A DNA stretch of 64,000 nt from Nitrospiraceae bacterium (GTDB taxonomy: Bacteria > Nitrospirota > Nitrospiria > Nitrospirales > Nitrospiraceae), in contig JBFWWG010000016.1 of the NCBI GenBank assembly GCA_050246315.1, forward strand, positions 1 through 64,000, read 5' to 3'. Position numbers and translations under genes: made by a program. Every line of letters begins with the position of its first letter. Position 1 is the stretch's first letter. The notes below the pieces were generated by a model. That model was not told where the DNA came from. It did not search any database and was given only the letters and a program-made list of their open reading frames with translations. Positions 47,728 to 57,814 of the stretch are shown in pieces.

Positions 47728-50700
47728 GCTGTAAGCCGCCGTTCGATTTCGGCCCGAAAGGAAGACTTCACCGCCTGATACTCCCGCTCGAATCGGGAGA
47801 AGATCGCCGTTGCCTCCAGGAGCTGCTTGGTCCGCCCGCACTGTTCGAGATCTTTGCTGAAGGCGGCCAATTTGATCGCGCCGAGGACGCCGCATCGGGA
47901 CTTGAACCCATGCGCCAGGGAGAAGAGCCGGTCGGCCTCGTTGTTTTGGACGGCGGTCCGGACCTGCTCTACGATCTGATCCGAATCCGTGAGAAACATC
48001 GAGAGCATGGACACGAGGACGTCGGGTCGCCCCGGTCGCTGTAAGGCCAAAATGTCCTTCCAGACCTTTTGATCGATCGCCGCGACGTCCTGCGCAACGC
48101 CGCCCTCTTCCTTCACATGAGAGGGCGGCAGGGCTGATCCTGGGGGTTCGACCTCGTCGCCCGGTGCTTGAATGCCGGGGGCGCGGGGCCCGATCCGCAT
48201 GGGCACGGTCCGACTCTGGGGTCGGCACCAGCGGCGCACCACCTCGGCGAGTTGCCGTCGGGTAAAGGGCTTGGCCAGATAGTCGTCCATGCCGGCGGCG
48301 AGGCACCGTTCACGATCGCCCTGAATCGCGTGCGCGGTGAGAGCGATGATCGGTACGCGAGGCTGAGTCCTTGATGATCGGTCATCGGTCATGGAAGGAG
48401 GAGCGGTGGGTTCTGCCTGCTCAGGCGATTGACGGCTGACCATCGGCCATCGATTCCTCTCACGTTCTCGAATGGCGCGGGTGGCTGCGAATCCGTCCAT
48501 ATCCGGCATTTGACAGTCCATGAAGATCAGGCTGTATGTCGCGCTGGCTGATGCGTTGAGCGCCTCCACCCCGTTCCCGACCACCTCGACCGAACAGCCG
48601 AGGTCCTCAAGCATCAACCGGGCGACCTCCTGGTTGACGGCGTTATCCTCCGCAACCAGCACGTTGGCGGAGAATGTCTCCGGCGAAGGTGGTGGATCGG
48701 CGTCCGAAAGCGACGCACCTTTCGCCTGATGGGAGTCGGACCGGCCGGTCTTGGGGGAGAGCAACAGGGTCAGCAGCGCCTCCATCAATAAGGATCGGCG
48801 AACCGGCTTGGCGAGGACCGCATCGACTGCGTCATTCATGTCAGGTGGTTGCTCGGTCAGGCCTCCGAGGGACGCGAGCAGGATGAGACTGGTGCCGGAC
48901 AGCGCCGGATCGGCCTTGATCTGCCTGGCCAGGTCCATGCCACTCACCTCCGGCATGCGCTGATCGAGGAGGGCAAGCTCGAACGGCCTTCCTGCTACAA
49001 CCGCATCCTTCAGAACCGCCAATGCCTCTCGGCCGGTTGACACGCCGGAGGGAGCGAGGTTCCATTCGGTCAACCGCTCCTGAAGGATCTCGCGACTGGG
49101 CTGATTATCGTCGATGACCAGGATGCGCCGTCCCGATAGATCCGGCGGGGCCAACCGATCGAGGGATGGCGCCGTGGTGACAGGTTCCGGTTTGGTCAGT
49201 CGGACGGTGAACCAGAAGGTGGTGCCTTGCCCCTCCGTGCTCTGCATGCCGATCTCTCCCTGCATCAGTTCCACCAGTTGTTTGGCGATGGAGAGGCCGA
49301 GTCCAGTGCCGCCATACTTTCTTGTGGACGAGTTGTCGGCTTGGCAGAACGGCTCGAAGATCTGTCGCCGGGCTTCCGGCGGAATGCCGATACCGGTATC
49401 GGTGATCTCCACGCGAAGCGTCGCGGATGATTGGTGGTCTTCCAGCGCGGAGACGTAGAGGCCGATTTCACCACGCTCCGTGAACTTGATGGCGTTGCCA
49501 AGCAGGTTGATCAGGATTTGACGGAGTCGGGCCGGATCGCCAACGAGCGCGGTCGGGACGGTGCGTGGAATGGAACAGAGGAATTCCAATCCCTTGCGCT
49601 GCGCCCGCTCCGCGACCAGTTCGGCCACGTCCTCGACCGTTTCTCCGAAATCGAAGGGCAGTGTTTCCAGTTCGAGTTTGCCGGCCTCGATTTTCGAGAA
49701 GTCCAGGATGTCGTTGATCGTGTGAAGCAGGGCCGTGGCCGAACGGTGGATGGTGTCGACGAAATGCCGTTGCCGGTTCGTCAGCGCGGTCGCCAGCAGC
49801 AATTCGGTCATCCCCAGCACGCCGTTCATGGGGGTACGAATCTCGTGACTCATGTTGGCGACGAATTGGGATTTGAGGCGGCTCACCTCGAGCGCGCGAT
49901 CGCGGGCCGATTCCATCGCCGTGTTCGCCTGCACGAGTTCATCGCGTGAACGGCGGAGATCTTCCGTCATGCGATCGAAGGAGCGAGCCAAGGTGCCCAC
50001 CTCGTCGGTACCCATCACGCCGATCGTTTGCGAGAGGTCGCCGGCGGCGATGCGGTCGGCCAGATGGGTTAAGGATTGGATGGGGATGGAAATGTGGCGG
50101 GAGAGCCGGTACGCCACCGCGAGTACCAGTAGCGTCGTGATCAGGAACAGCCCGAGAAAAAGACGCCGGAGAGTCTCGACCTGCCCAAAGGCATCTTCGC
50201 GATCCTGGGCCACCAGCACCGTCCAGCCGAGCCCTACGAACGTGCGGAAGCCCGTGGACTTCGCGAAGCCGATCAGAAAATCGTTCCGATCGGTCAGGAA
50301 CGATCCACGATCCTCACGGTGCGAAGCATCGGGCGGTCTGTAGCCGAGATGCAGAAGGGTGGTTGGAGGAAACGGACGAGGCGCAGACCCGCCGAGTAGA
50401 AACGAGGGCCCTGCCAGCACCGCGCCTTCCTCATTGACCAGCAGCACAGAGCCCTGCCGTTCTCCGGTCCCCCCTTGGACCTTGACCTGCGCCGTGATCT
50501 CCTGGAGTTCGGACTGCGGGAGGTGGGCGACAAGATAGCCGATCGGCTTGCGTCCGCCGTTTGGTTCGGTGATCGGCGTCATGATGCGGAGACTGATCGA
50601 TTTGGTAAGGGGATCGTCGGTCAGGTCTGTGGTGCTCACGCTCGCGCTCTGCGCAGCGGTGTGAAACCACGGCTCCTCCGAGACGACATGCCCGATCAAG

Positions 50701-51080
50701 GAGACGTCGCTTGAGGAGACGATCTTGCCGCCCGTATTGATGCAGTAAATGGAGGAGTAATGGCCGTACTGGCTCCACAGGCGCAGGAGACTCAGGGTGA
50801 TGCGTCCCCGAGGATCGTCGGCGGCCACATCCTGCATGGCATCCATAGAGGCCCAGGCTTGAAGGTCCTGCGTGCTGGCGAAGATCACCCGGTCGATTTT
50901 GCCTATGGTTTGCGCGGCCAGTTCCTCCAATTTTTCGCTCGCGTTCCGCTTGAGGATATCCTGGCTGGTTCCATAGACGATGATCCCGACCACGATCAGT
51001 GGGACAAGCGCTAAAACCAGCAGGGCGGTCAGGAGCTTGGCCCGGATCGATATTCGGGAGAAAAGCGAGGACAGCGACAT
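47724..51080 (-). CDS. Hybrid sensor histidine kinase (Cache-HAMP-HisKA-HATPase-REC-REC-Hpt)
   Basis: ANMSHEIRTPMNG, NLLGNAIKFT, DTGIG, GTGLGL, two REC domains, AHGFKS Hpt. Confidence 0.92.
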   Translation of the reverse strand: MSLSSLFSRISIRAKLLTALLVLALVPLIVVGIIVYGTSQDILKRNASEKLEELAAQTIGKIDRVIFASTQDLQAWASMDAMQDVAADDPRGRITLSLLRLWSQYGHYSSIYCINTGGKIVSSSDVSLIGHVVSEEPWFHTAAQSASVSTTDLTDDPLTKSISLRIMTPITEPNGGRKPIGYLVAHLPQSELQEITAQVKVQGGTGERQGSVLLVNEEGAVLAGPSFLLGGSAPRPFPPTTLLHLGYRPPDASHREDRGSFLTDRNDFLIGFAKSTGFRTFVGLGWTVLVAQDREDAFGQVETLRRLFLGLFLITTLLVLAVAYRLSRHISIPIQSLTHLADRIAAGDLSQTIGVMGTDEVGTLARSFDRMTEDLRRSRDELVQANTAMESARDRALEVSRLKSQFVANMSHEIRTPMNGVLGMTELLLATALTNRQRHFVDTIHRSATALLHTINDILDFSKIEAGKLELETLPFDFGETVEDVAELVAERAQRKGLEFLCSIPRTVPTALVGDPARLRQILINLLGNAIKFTERGEIGLYVSALEDHQSSATLRVEITDTGIGIPPEARRQIFEPFCQADNSSTRKYGGTGLGLSIAKQLVELMQGEIGMQSTEGQGTTFWFTVRLTKPEPVTTAPSLDRLAPPDLSGRRILVIDDNQPSREILQERLTEWNLAPSGVSTGREALAVLKDAVVAGRPFELALLDQRMPEVSGMDLARQIKADPALSGTSLILLASLGGLTEQPPDMNDAVDAVLAKPVRRSLLMEALLTLLLSPKTGRSDSHQAKGASLSDADPPPSPETFSANVLVAEDNAVNQEVARLMLEDLGCSVEVVGNGVEALNASASATYSLIFMDCQMPDMDGFAATRAIRERERNRWPMVSRQSPEQAEPTAPPSMTDDRSSRTQPRVPIIALTAHAIQGDRERCLAAGMDDYLAKPFTRRQLAEVVRRWCRPQSRTVPMRIGPRAPGIQAPGDEVEPPGSALPPSHVKEEGGVAQDVAAIDQKVWKDILALQRPGRPDVLVSMLSMFLTDSDQIVEQVRTAVQNNEADRLFSLAHGFKSRCGVLGAIKLAAFSKDLEQCGRTKQLLEATAIFSRFEREYQAVKSSFRAEIERRLTA

Positions 51081-51268
51081 GAATGTTCGTGTGGAGTTCG
51101 GGCCGCGAACCGGCCGTGCCGGCGATGAGCGGATTGCGTGATCGTCGCAGAGCGACGGATGCGCCCCAGTGACGCCGTTCCCCGGTTCGAGTCAAAGGTA
51201 GCAGGCGCCCCGGTACAGTCAACGAATATGCGGTTTGCTGGAAGCTGAACTCAGAAGGACCGAAGGGA

Positions 51269-53776
51269 TCAGGTGCCGCCACTCGATGACTGCTCCAGAG
51301 GCGGCAGCCAGCGGGCGAGCATGCGTTCAAGTTGGAAACGTGTGAATGGTTTGGAAAGGGAGTCGTCCATCCCGGCGGCGAAACAGGACTGCCGGTCGCT
51401 CTCAAGCGCATGGGTCGTCAGCGCGACGATCGGGAGCCGGGGTGTTCCGGATGCGGAAGCGGCCTCGCGGGCTCGGATTCGGCGTGTCGCCTCGAATCCG
51501 TCCATCTCCGGCATGTGGCAATCCATCAAGACCAGCGCGTATCGAGTCCGACCGGTCGCTGCGAGCGCCTCAAGCCCGTTCTCTGAAATCTCTACTTCGC
51601 AGCCGAATTGTTCCAGGATCGTTCGGGCAACCTCTTGATTCACACTATTGTCCTCAACCAGGAGGATGCGGCCTGCGAACTGTGGCAGGGCGGCCTGGCC
51701 TCGACTGATCGAGCCGGCTGATGATGTGGCTGGTGTGGCTGGATGGACTGAGAGCGACGCGGAGGTGTCGTGCTTCAGTCGCCCGACCAACGCTCGATAG
51801 AGAGCCTGATAACGAACCGGTTTGGCCAGGACCACATCCACCCCTGCTTGTCGTGCGATTTCATGGTCGAACTCGGGCGGCGCCAGCAAGATTATGGGAG
51901 GCAAGGGTCCACCCGCCTCGTGTTTGAGTCTGTCGATCAATGAAAGTCCATCGCCGTCCGCTAAGATCAGGTCCAGAATGATGTGGGTGAACGGAGTCGA
52001 GGTGGATGGCGTTTGTCTGAGGGCATTGAGGGCTGCCGTTCCGGTGGGGGCCTCTTCTGGGTGGAGGCCCCATCCCTTGAGGGTGTGCGTCAAGACCTGT
52101 CTGCTGGCGGCGTGGGGCGCAACGATCAAGATTTTCGGAGGAGGAGTTGCGAGACAAGCAGCGAGAAAGGGCGGCGTGGCGGTTCCGATCGGCAGTGGGA
52201 GCCGGAGTCGAACGGTAGAGCCGTGGCCGATTCGACTGTCCAATCCGATCGTTCCCCTCATGAGTCGGACGAGGTGAGTAACGAGCGCAAGCCCCAGTCC
52301 GGCGCCTCCGGAATGTCCTGAGTGCGATTCGCGGACTGACGGGGAGAGGGCGAGTAGACGAGCGTGGTCTTCTTGCGCGATGCCGATACCTGTATCCTTG
52401 ATGTCAAACTGGACTTCCGCCAGCCCCTCCTCGACAAAGGCGGCGGAGACGCAGAGTTCAATCATTCCCTGATGCGTGAACGTGACGGCGTTGTTGAGCA
52501 GGTGGCGGAGCATCTGCCGGATTCGGTAGTCATCGCCGACGACCACAGCCGGACAGGTCGAGAGGATCGTGCCGGTAAGGCGGAGGCCCTTGACATGCGC
52601 ATCGGCGCGGACGAGATCGAGGGCTTCTTCCACGGTGTCCCGAAGATCGAAGGCAATCGGGCGGAGCACCAATGACCCGGCCGTCAGATCTGAGAGTGCC
52701 GCGCGGTCGTTCAAGCGGGACAAGAGTGTCCTGCCGGACGCGAGGGTGGTGGCCGCGTATCGTCGTTGCTGTTCGGTCAGCGAACCGCGCAGCAACAGGT
52801 CCATCATGCCCAACAGCACGGTCATGGGCATGCGGACCTCCTGAGTGTGGGGGGAGCGGAACTGCGACTCGCGTGCGGCCAAGTCCTGCGCGCCATGATG
52901 TCCAGCCTCGCGGTCTCGTCGAGACGACGCCAGAGGTTTCGTCGTTTGTTGAAGCTGATCCGCACCCTGTGTCTGCTCGGCGCAGGCATGGTCCAACGCG
53001 GCACGTGCGATCTCCGATTCATGTACTTGGTGGCGTGACTCCTCGTCAAACGGACGTCGCTCCACGGCCATGGCCTGTTGGAGGTCTTGAATCTGTTGCA
53101 GTAACGCGTTGAATTGCTCTACGAGCCTGTCGAGGTCGCCATGCCCCGATTTTTGGATGCGGAGGGAAAAATCCCGCTCGGCCAGAGCCGTCCCTGTCAT
53201 GCGCGTCAGATCGAGAATTGGACCGCTGATCCGTCGATACAAGAAGTTTCCCAGTATCCAGGCCACCGTCAACCCGAGAAGCATGAGGGCGACGACCAGC
53301 GCGGCATAGTGCGTGGCGCGATCATATATGGGCGACAGGTCGGCATGGAGCAGTATCCTCCCAGCGGCCTCTGCCTCGATCGGCACGGGTCTCTGAATCG
53401 CCACGGCCTTGCTCCCGAGAGCGGCGCGCAAGGCTCGCTGAACCGCTGAGTGGGAGGGGCCGGGACCGGGCCGGTCATATCGTGCCAGCTCCAGACCCTG
53501 GTGATCGTACAAGATTCCGGTCGTCACGGTGGGATAAAGACGGAGGGTGCTCAGCGCCCGTTCCCCCGCTGAGCGGTCCGCGGTCAACACCGCCTCCCTG
53601 CTTAGGGTACTGAGAAACTCCGCCTGTCGAATCAGTTCTTTGGTGGCGGCTGCTTTGGCGAGATACAGATCAAGGCAGACCAGGAGAGTACCCATAAGGA
53701 GCAAGGCGACGCCGGTAACGGCCAAGACGATCGTTTGGATTTGGCGGTCAATCGAATGCAGCCGGCCGTCGGCCAT
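51269..53776 (-). CDS. Hybrid kinase-like protein with degenerate H-box (sensor-HAMP-pseudoHisKA-HATPase-REC-REC)
   Basis: H-box reads TQEVRMPM; NNAVTFT, DTGIG, GAGLGL; terminal REC LVEDN/LMDCHMP; likely start ATG 53776. Confidence 0.8.
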   Translation of the reverse strand: MADGRLHSIDRQIQTIVLAVTGVALLLMGTLLVCLDLYLAKAAATKELIRQAEFLSTLSREAVLTADRSAGERALSTLRLYPTVTTGILYDHQGLELARYDRPGPGPSHSAVQRALRAALGSKAVAIQRPVPIEAEAAGRILLHADLSPIYDRATHYAALVVALMLLGLTVAWILGNFLYRRISGPILDLTRMTGTALAERDFSLRIQKSGHGDLDRLVEQFNALLQQIQDLQQAMAVERRPFDEESRHQVHESEIARAALDHACAEQTQGADQLQQTTKPLASSRRDREAGHHGAQDLAARESQFRSPHTQEVRMPMTVLLGMMDLLLRGSLTEQQRRYAATTLASGRTLLSRLNDRAALSDLTAGSLVLRPIAFDLRDTVEEALDLVRADAHVKGLRLTGTILSTCPAVVVGDDYRIRQMLRHLLNNAVTFTHQGMIELCVSAAFVEEGLAEVQFDIKDTGIGIAQEDHARLLALSPSVRESHSGHSGGAGLGLALVTHLVRLMRGTIGLDSRIGHGSTVRLRLPLPIGTATPPFLAACLATPPPKILIVAPHAASRQVLTHTLKGWGLHPEEAPTGTAALNALRQTPSTSTPFTHIILDLILADGDGLSLIDRLKHEAGGPLPPIILLAPPEFDHEIARQAGVDVVLAKPVRYQALYRALVGRLKHDTSASLSVHPATPATSSAGSISRGQAALPQFAGRILLVEDNSVNQEVARTILEQFGCEVEISENGLEALAATGRTRYALVLMDCHMPEMDGFEATRRIRAREAASASGTPRLPIVALTTHALESDRQSCFAAGMDDSLSKPFTRFQLERMLARWLPPLEQSSSGGT

Positions 53777-53841
53777 CGGCGGTTCCCTTGTGGTAGGAAC
53801 GGGCGGGACGGGCACAAGCAGCCAAGAGGGCGGATGACGAA

Positions 53842-54249
53842 TTATGGGTATCGGGCTTCGATGAGGCTGCGCAGGCCGCCGCGCGCCGTAAACTCCCCGG
53901 TCACGGTGGCCCGGACGGGGCGGCAGGCCTTGACCAAATCCTGGAGGATTCGGTTGACGGCGTTCTCGTAGAAAATCCCCACGTTTCGAAAGGCGTGGAT
54001 ATAGAGCTTGAGCGATTTCAGTTCCACGCAATGTCGGTCAGGCATGTAGTGAATCCGAATCGTTCCGAAATCGGGCAATCCTGTCTTTGGGCAAATCGCC
54101 GTATATTCGGGAATCTCGATGGTGATCTCGTACCCTTTGTATTGATTCGGCCAGGTTTCCAGCTCCGGGAGAGCGGCTGAGATGCCGCTCCTGGCATGGT
54201 CCTCATTGTAGGCGGGAGCAGTCTTCGTGATGGCCTTGGTGCGCCTCAT
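53842..54249 (-). CDS. queF: NADPH-dependent preQ0 reductase
   Basis: EYTAICPKTGLPDFG, VELKSLKLY, ARGG. Confidence 0.93.
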   Translation of the reverse strand: MRRTKAITKTAPAYNEDHARSGISAALPELETWPNQYKGYEITIEIPEYTAICPKTGLPDFGTIRIHYMPDRHCVELKSLKLYIHAFRNVGIFYENAVNRILQDLVKACRPVRATVTGEFTARGGLRSLIEARYP

Positions 54250-54494
54250 AGCTGGGTCATCCATTCAACCTGGCCGGATTCTTCGAGCTTAAAATACAAG
54301 GCGACCCATGGACATTTCATTTCCGGGTAAACCTCGCAGAACCCGCCTTTGCGCACTCCGCCGCAAGGACCGTGACTCATAAACTTGGGGCATTCGGCCT
54401 TGACCGTCCCATCGGGCACGGGAGGACGATTGTGCACGCCGCCCGTGTACTGGCTTCCCTCTTCTTCCCCGGCGATTAACACACGTGTGGACAT
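54246..54494 (-). CDS. MetV-like (MTHFR C-terminal-domain) small Cys-rich protein
   Basis: ECPKFMSHGPCGG...G.CEV....CPW; ATGA overlap with queF. Confidence 0.75.
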   Translation of the reverse strand: MSTRVLIAGEEEGSQYTGGVHNRPPVPDGTVKAECPKFMSHGPCGGVRKGGFCEVYPEMKCPWVALYFKLEESGQVEWMTQL

Positions 54495-54776
54495 GGGCCC
54501 TAGTCTATACCGAGCAGGAGGCAAACGGCAATTTGAGATCGATTCGAGAAACCGGCAGATGCATTGGGGGACGGCGAGGGGGGCAGAGAGGTCTGAACGA
54601 CAAGTCCGTTCGAGTCGCAGGATCGCTGCGGTCGGTAGGACCAATGGCCTAGGCCGTCGGATCGAGCTAGGCCTTCTTTTGTGGAAGGTGGGGCTTCTGA
54701 AATATTGCATTGAAGGCGAGGGAAGGACTAGACTTCGTCTCCACGAACTGGATGTCAGGGATCGGCAACAATGCCG

Positions 54777-54806
54777 TTGACAGTTTTTTTCAGGCTTTGT
54801 TAGACT
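54777..54806 (+). promoter_or_regulatory. Sigma70-type promoter of the for operon
   Basis: TTGACA-18 nt-TAGACT with an extended -10 TG. Confidence 0.65.
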
Positions 54807-54958
54807 TCAGCCGGAAAATCAAGATAATAGCCGGCATTCGCTCGGCGCAGAAGAATCCTTTGTGTGGTTGTATCCTGAGGCCGCTCACTGCGGCTTTTTC
54901 ATGGCCGTGAACGAACAGCACTCGACGTGCTGTCAGAATATTCAGAGGAGGGTGCCCG

Positions 54959-55849
54959 ATGAGCCTTGATTACGTCAAGTTTACAAGCGGCTTCGACAAG
55001 TTCATGCCGAAAGAATATCGGGACATGGTGGAGCATGGTCCTTTTGGCAAGAAGGTGTCGGTTTCTCAAATGGGAAGCTTCAAGGAAGTGCTTGAAGAGC
55101 ACCCCATGTGCGCCGGATGTGCCATGACGTTGTTCATCAGATTGGCCATGATTTCTTTTCCCAATCCAGAAGACACCATTACCGTGGGGACGGCGGGCTG
55201 CGGCCGCCTCGCCATTTCCCAGGCTGCGATCCCCTTTGTGTATGGGAACTACGGAGACCAGAATGGAGTGGCAAGCGGGTTGTCGCGCGGACTTCGCCTG
55301 CGGTTCGGCGACAAGCCGAAGGATGTGGTCGTGATGGCCGGAGACGGCGGCACCGCGGACATCGGATTTTCGGCGGTCCTGCATTCCTGGTTCCGGAAGG
55401 AGAAGTTCACGACGATCATGTTGGATAATGAAGTGTACGGAAATACGGGCGGGCAGGAGAGCGGCATGACCAACCGCGGAGCCGTTTTGAAAATGGCTCC
55501 ACTGGGGAAGAAGTTCGAGAAAATGGATATGATCCAGATGGCGAAAGTCGCCGGCTGCTCCTATGTGGCCACGGTGGTGCCGAACAATCCGCGTCGCGTC
55601 GAAAGCGTGATCAAGAAAGCCGTGTTGATTGCGCGCGAAGTCGGTCCCACCTACATCCAGGCGTATACCTCCTGCAACATTGAATATGCGATTCCGACCG
55701 ACAAGGTCATGGAGGATGCCAAGAATGTCGAGAACGACCGGTATGCGTTCTCCGAGTTTGTCTCCGACGAAGCCAAGCAATACCTAACCGAGCGCTACGG
55801 CTACAAGGAGTTCGCGCAGAAGCCGGCGGCGGCGATTCCCAAGGGCTGA
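54959..55849 (+). CDS. forB: 2-oxoglutarate:ferredoxin oxidoreductase beta subunit (five-subunit type)
   Basis: HPMCAGC, GTAGC, GDGGTADIG, DNEVYGNTGGQ (TPP binding). Confidence 0.85.
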   Translation: MSLDYVKFTSGFDKFMPKEYRDMVEHGPFGKKVSVSQMGSFKEVLEEHPMCAGCAMTLFIRLAMISFPNPEDTITVGTAGCGRLAISQAAIPFVYGNYGDQNGVASGLSRGLRLRFGDKPKDVVVMAGDGGTADIGFSAVLHSWFRKEKFTTIMLDNEVYGNTGGQESGMTNRGAVLKMAPLGKKFEKMDMIQMAKVAGCSYVATVVPNNPRRVESVIKKAVLIAREVGPTYIQAYTSCNIEYAIPTDKVMEDAKNVENDRYAFSEFVSDEAKQYLTERYGYKEFAQKPAAAIPKG

Positions 55850-55927
55850 CCCGTACCGCGTCGAAGCACGTGAGCAGCAGGTTGCGAACGTGGCGGGTGT
55901 GGGCCCGCCCAGCGAGGAGATTAGACC

Positions 55928-56647
55928 ATGTCAATGCGCTTTAACATTCGGATGGCGGGCGTCGGCGGGCAAGGCGTGGTAACCGCGTCGCACATCTTGA
56001 GCACCGCGGTGATCAACGCCGGCGGTGAAAGCACCATCGTGCCGTTTTACGGATCGGAAAAGCGGATGGCGCCGGTTGAAAGCTACGTCCGGGTGTCGGA
56101 CGAGCCGATCTATGAGATCGGCGAGATCACCTTTCCTCACATCATCATCATCTTCCATCCGCAGGTGATCACCCACGGGAAGTCTTATACGATGCCGTTT
56201 TATTTTGGATTGAAGGAAGACGGCGTCGCCTTGATCAACAATGACGGTCCGATGAAATTGCACAAGGACCAGGCGCGCGAATTGGAAGAACGCCGCGCGA
56301 AGTTATATTACCTGCCGGCCACCAAGATCTCGCTGGAAGTGTCGGGGATGGACCTCGCGACCAACATGGCTTTGATGGGGGCCATTGGTTGCATCACCGG
56401 GCTCACGACCATTGAGGCGCTGGAGCAGGCGGTGAAGGACCGGTTCCTCGGCAAGGGATTCGTGGTATCAGGCGGCACCGCGGCGCTGGATAGTGTCGTC
56501 GAGCGGAAGTTCAAGAAGAAGCAGGAACTCATCGAAAAGAATGTCGCGGTCATCAAGGCCGGCTGGGACTTTGCGGCACAGAATGGGTGGGACGAGGTCA
56601 GCAAGGCCGCCAAGAAATCCGCACCCGCGACAGCAGGCAAGGCCTGA
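55928..56647 (+). CDS. forC: 2-oxoacid:ferredoxin oxidoreductase gamma subunit
   Basis: GVGGQGVVTA, YGSEKR. Confidence 0.85.
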   Translation: MSMRFNIRMAGVGGQGVVTASHILSTAVINAGGESTIVPFYGSEKRMAPVESYVRVSDEPIYEIGEITFPHIIIIFHPQVITHGKSYTMPFYFGLKEDGVALINNDGPMKLHKDQARELEERRAKLYYLPATKISLEVSGMDLATNMALMGAIGCITGLTTIEALEQAVKDRFLGKGFVVSGGTAALDSVVERKFKKKQELIEKNVAVIKAGWDFAAQNGWDEVSKAAKKSAPATAGKA

Positions 56648-56664
56648 TCCAAGAGAGGTAAACG

Positions 56665-56988
56665 ATGTATCTTGTTGCCGATATCGACGTCAATATTTGT
56701 GCTCAGAAGAGCTGCAAGCTCTGCACCCAATATTGCCCGGAAGCCAATACCATTCTCTATAGCGATGAGATGGGAAAGGATCAGGGGTACAAATACGGGT
56801 CGGCCTATGTGGCGGTCGATCGCTGTAAGGGCTGTGCCCAGTGTGTGTGGGTCTGCGATAACATGGCAAAGAACAATGCCATCAAAATGATCATGATCGA
56901 TCAGCTCCCCCAGGCGGCGTTGACCGACAATATCACGTATGGCGAAAAGTCAACGACGGCGGTCTTGATCAACCCAACGGTCGGTTGA
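56665..56988 (+). CDS. forE: Ferredoxin-like epsilon subunit
   Basis: C....CKLCTQYCP and CKGCAQCVWVC motifs. Confidence 0.8.
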   Translation: MYLVADIDVNICAQKSCKLCTQYCPEANTILYSDEMGKDQGYKYGSAYVAVDRCKGCAQCVWVCDNMAKNNAIKMIMIDQLPQAALTDNITYGEKSTTAVLINPTVG

Positions 56989-57007
56989 GACGAAGGAGAC
57001 GACACGA

Positions 57008-57769
57008 GTGGCGACCCCAGCGCAGGAAAGAGAGAAAATCATCATTCCAGGCCCCGCGGGCTTTCATCCGCCCTCGGCTGCTCAGTTAGGCGTGGCGCTT
57101 CCGGACCCGGGGCATGGCCTCTGGTACGGAAATGACGAAGCGGAAGACAAGGTGATCGAGGAAATGGCTCGTGTCATGTTGACGAGTCCGAATCCGACGC
57201 TCTTTCCAGGTCCCATGATCCTGTGGGCCTGGAACGACCATGCGATCGAGAAGGCGAAGGCCACGCTGGAGATCGCCGCGCAAATTCCCGACGTCATGAT
57301 CATTCCCATGCCCGACTACCGGCCGAAATATCCCAAGATCGATCACGAAGAGGTCATCAATCCGAATCATCCTAATCTGACCATCTGGGGGAACCGGATC
57401 GAGGCCTGCATCTTCATCGGCGTGCATTGCCACTATGCCAACCTGACACTCAAGATGATTCGAGCGGGGACGAACTGTTGCACGATGGCGGTGTGTGCGG
57501 AGCAGGGGCACGAAGATGCGATGTTGACGATCCGTGATTCGGACACGGCCAAAATCAAGAAAGTCGCGCAGACCTTCAAGCGCGTCAGGGAGAGTATGGG
57601 CATCAAGTTGCCGGCCGATGGCCGAAACGTTCGGTTTACAGGGACGCAATCGCGGGTGCACGGCGGAAAGACTCACACCAACCCGGTCGATTTCGTTCCC
57701 TCCGCGGCAGGGCTCTCAAGCGCCGCTGCATTTGGTCACAAGCCGGAGCAAATGAAAAAAGAAGCCTGA
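57008..57769 (+). CDS. forD: Delta subunit of the five-subunit oxidoreductase
   Basis: PMPDYRPKYPK..E..INPNHPNLTIW, GVHCHY; operon position. Confidence 0.78.
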   Translation: MATPAQEREKIIIPGPAGFHPPSAAQLGVALPDPGHGLWYGNDEAEDKVIEEMARVMLTSPNPTLFPGPMILWAWNDHAIEKAKATLEIAAQIPDVMIIPMPDYRPKYPKIDHEEVINPNHPNLTIWGNRIEACIFIGVHCHYANLTLKMIRAGTNCCTMAVCAEQGHEDAMLTIRDSDTAKIKKVAQTFKRVRESMGIKLPADGRNVRFTGTQSRVHGGKTHTNPVDFVPSAAGLSSAAAFGHKPEQMKKEA

Positions 57770-57814
57770 GGATGTGACTCCAGGCCGGACCGATAAACCC
57801 GGAGAGGTGATGTT

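Noticed and set aside
47728..48306. 193-aa N-terminal extension of the GGDEF-EAL ORF (and 53777-54031 for the pseudo-kinase)
   Set aside because: These overlap upstream genes and are low-complexity; internal ATGs give canonical domain starts.
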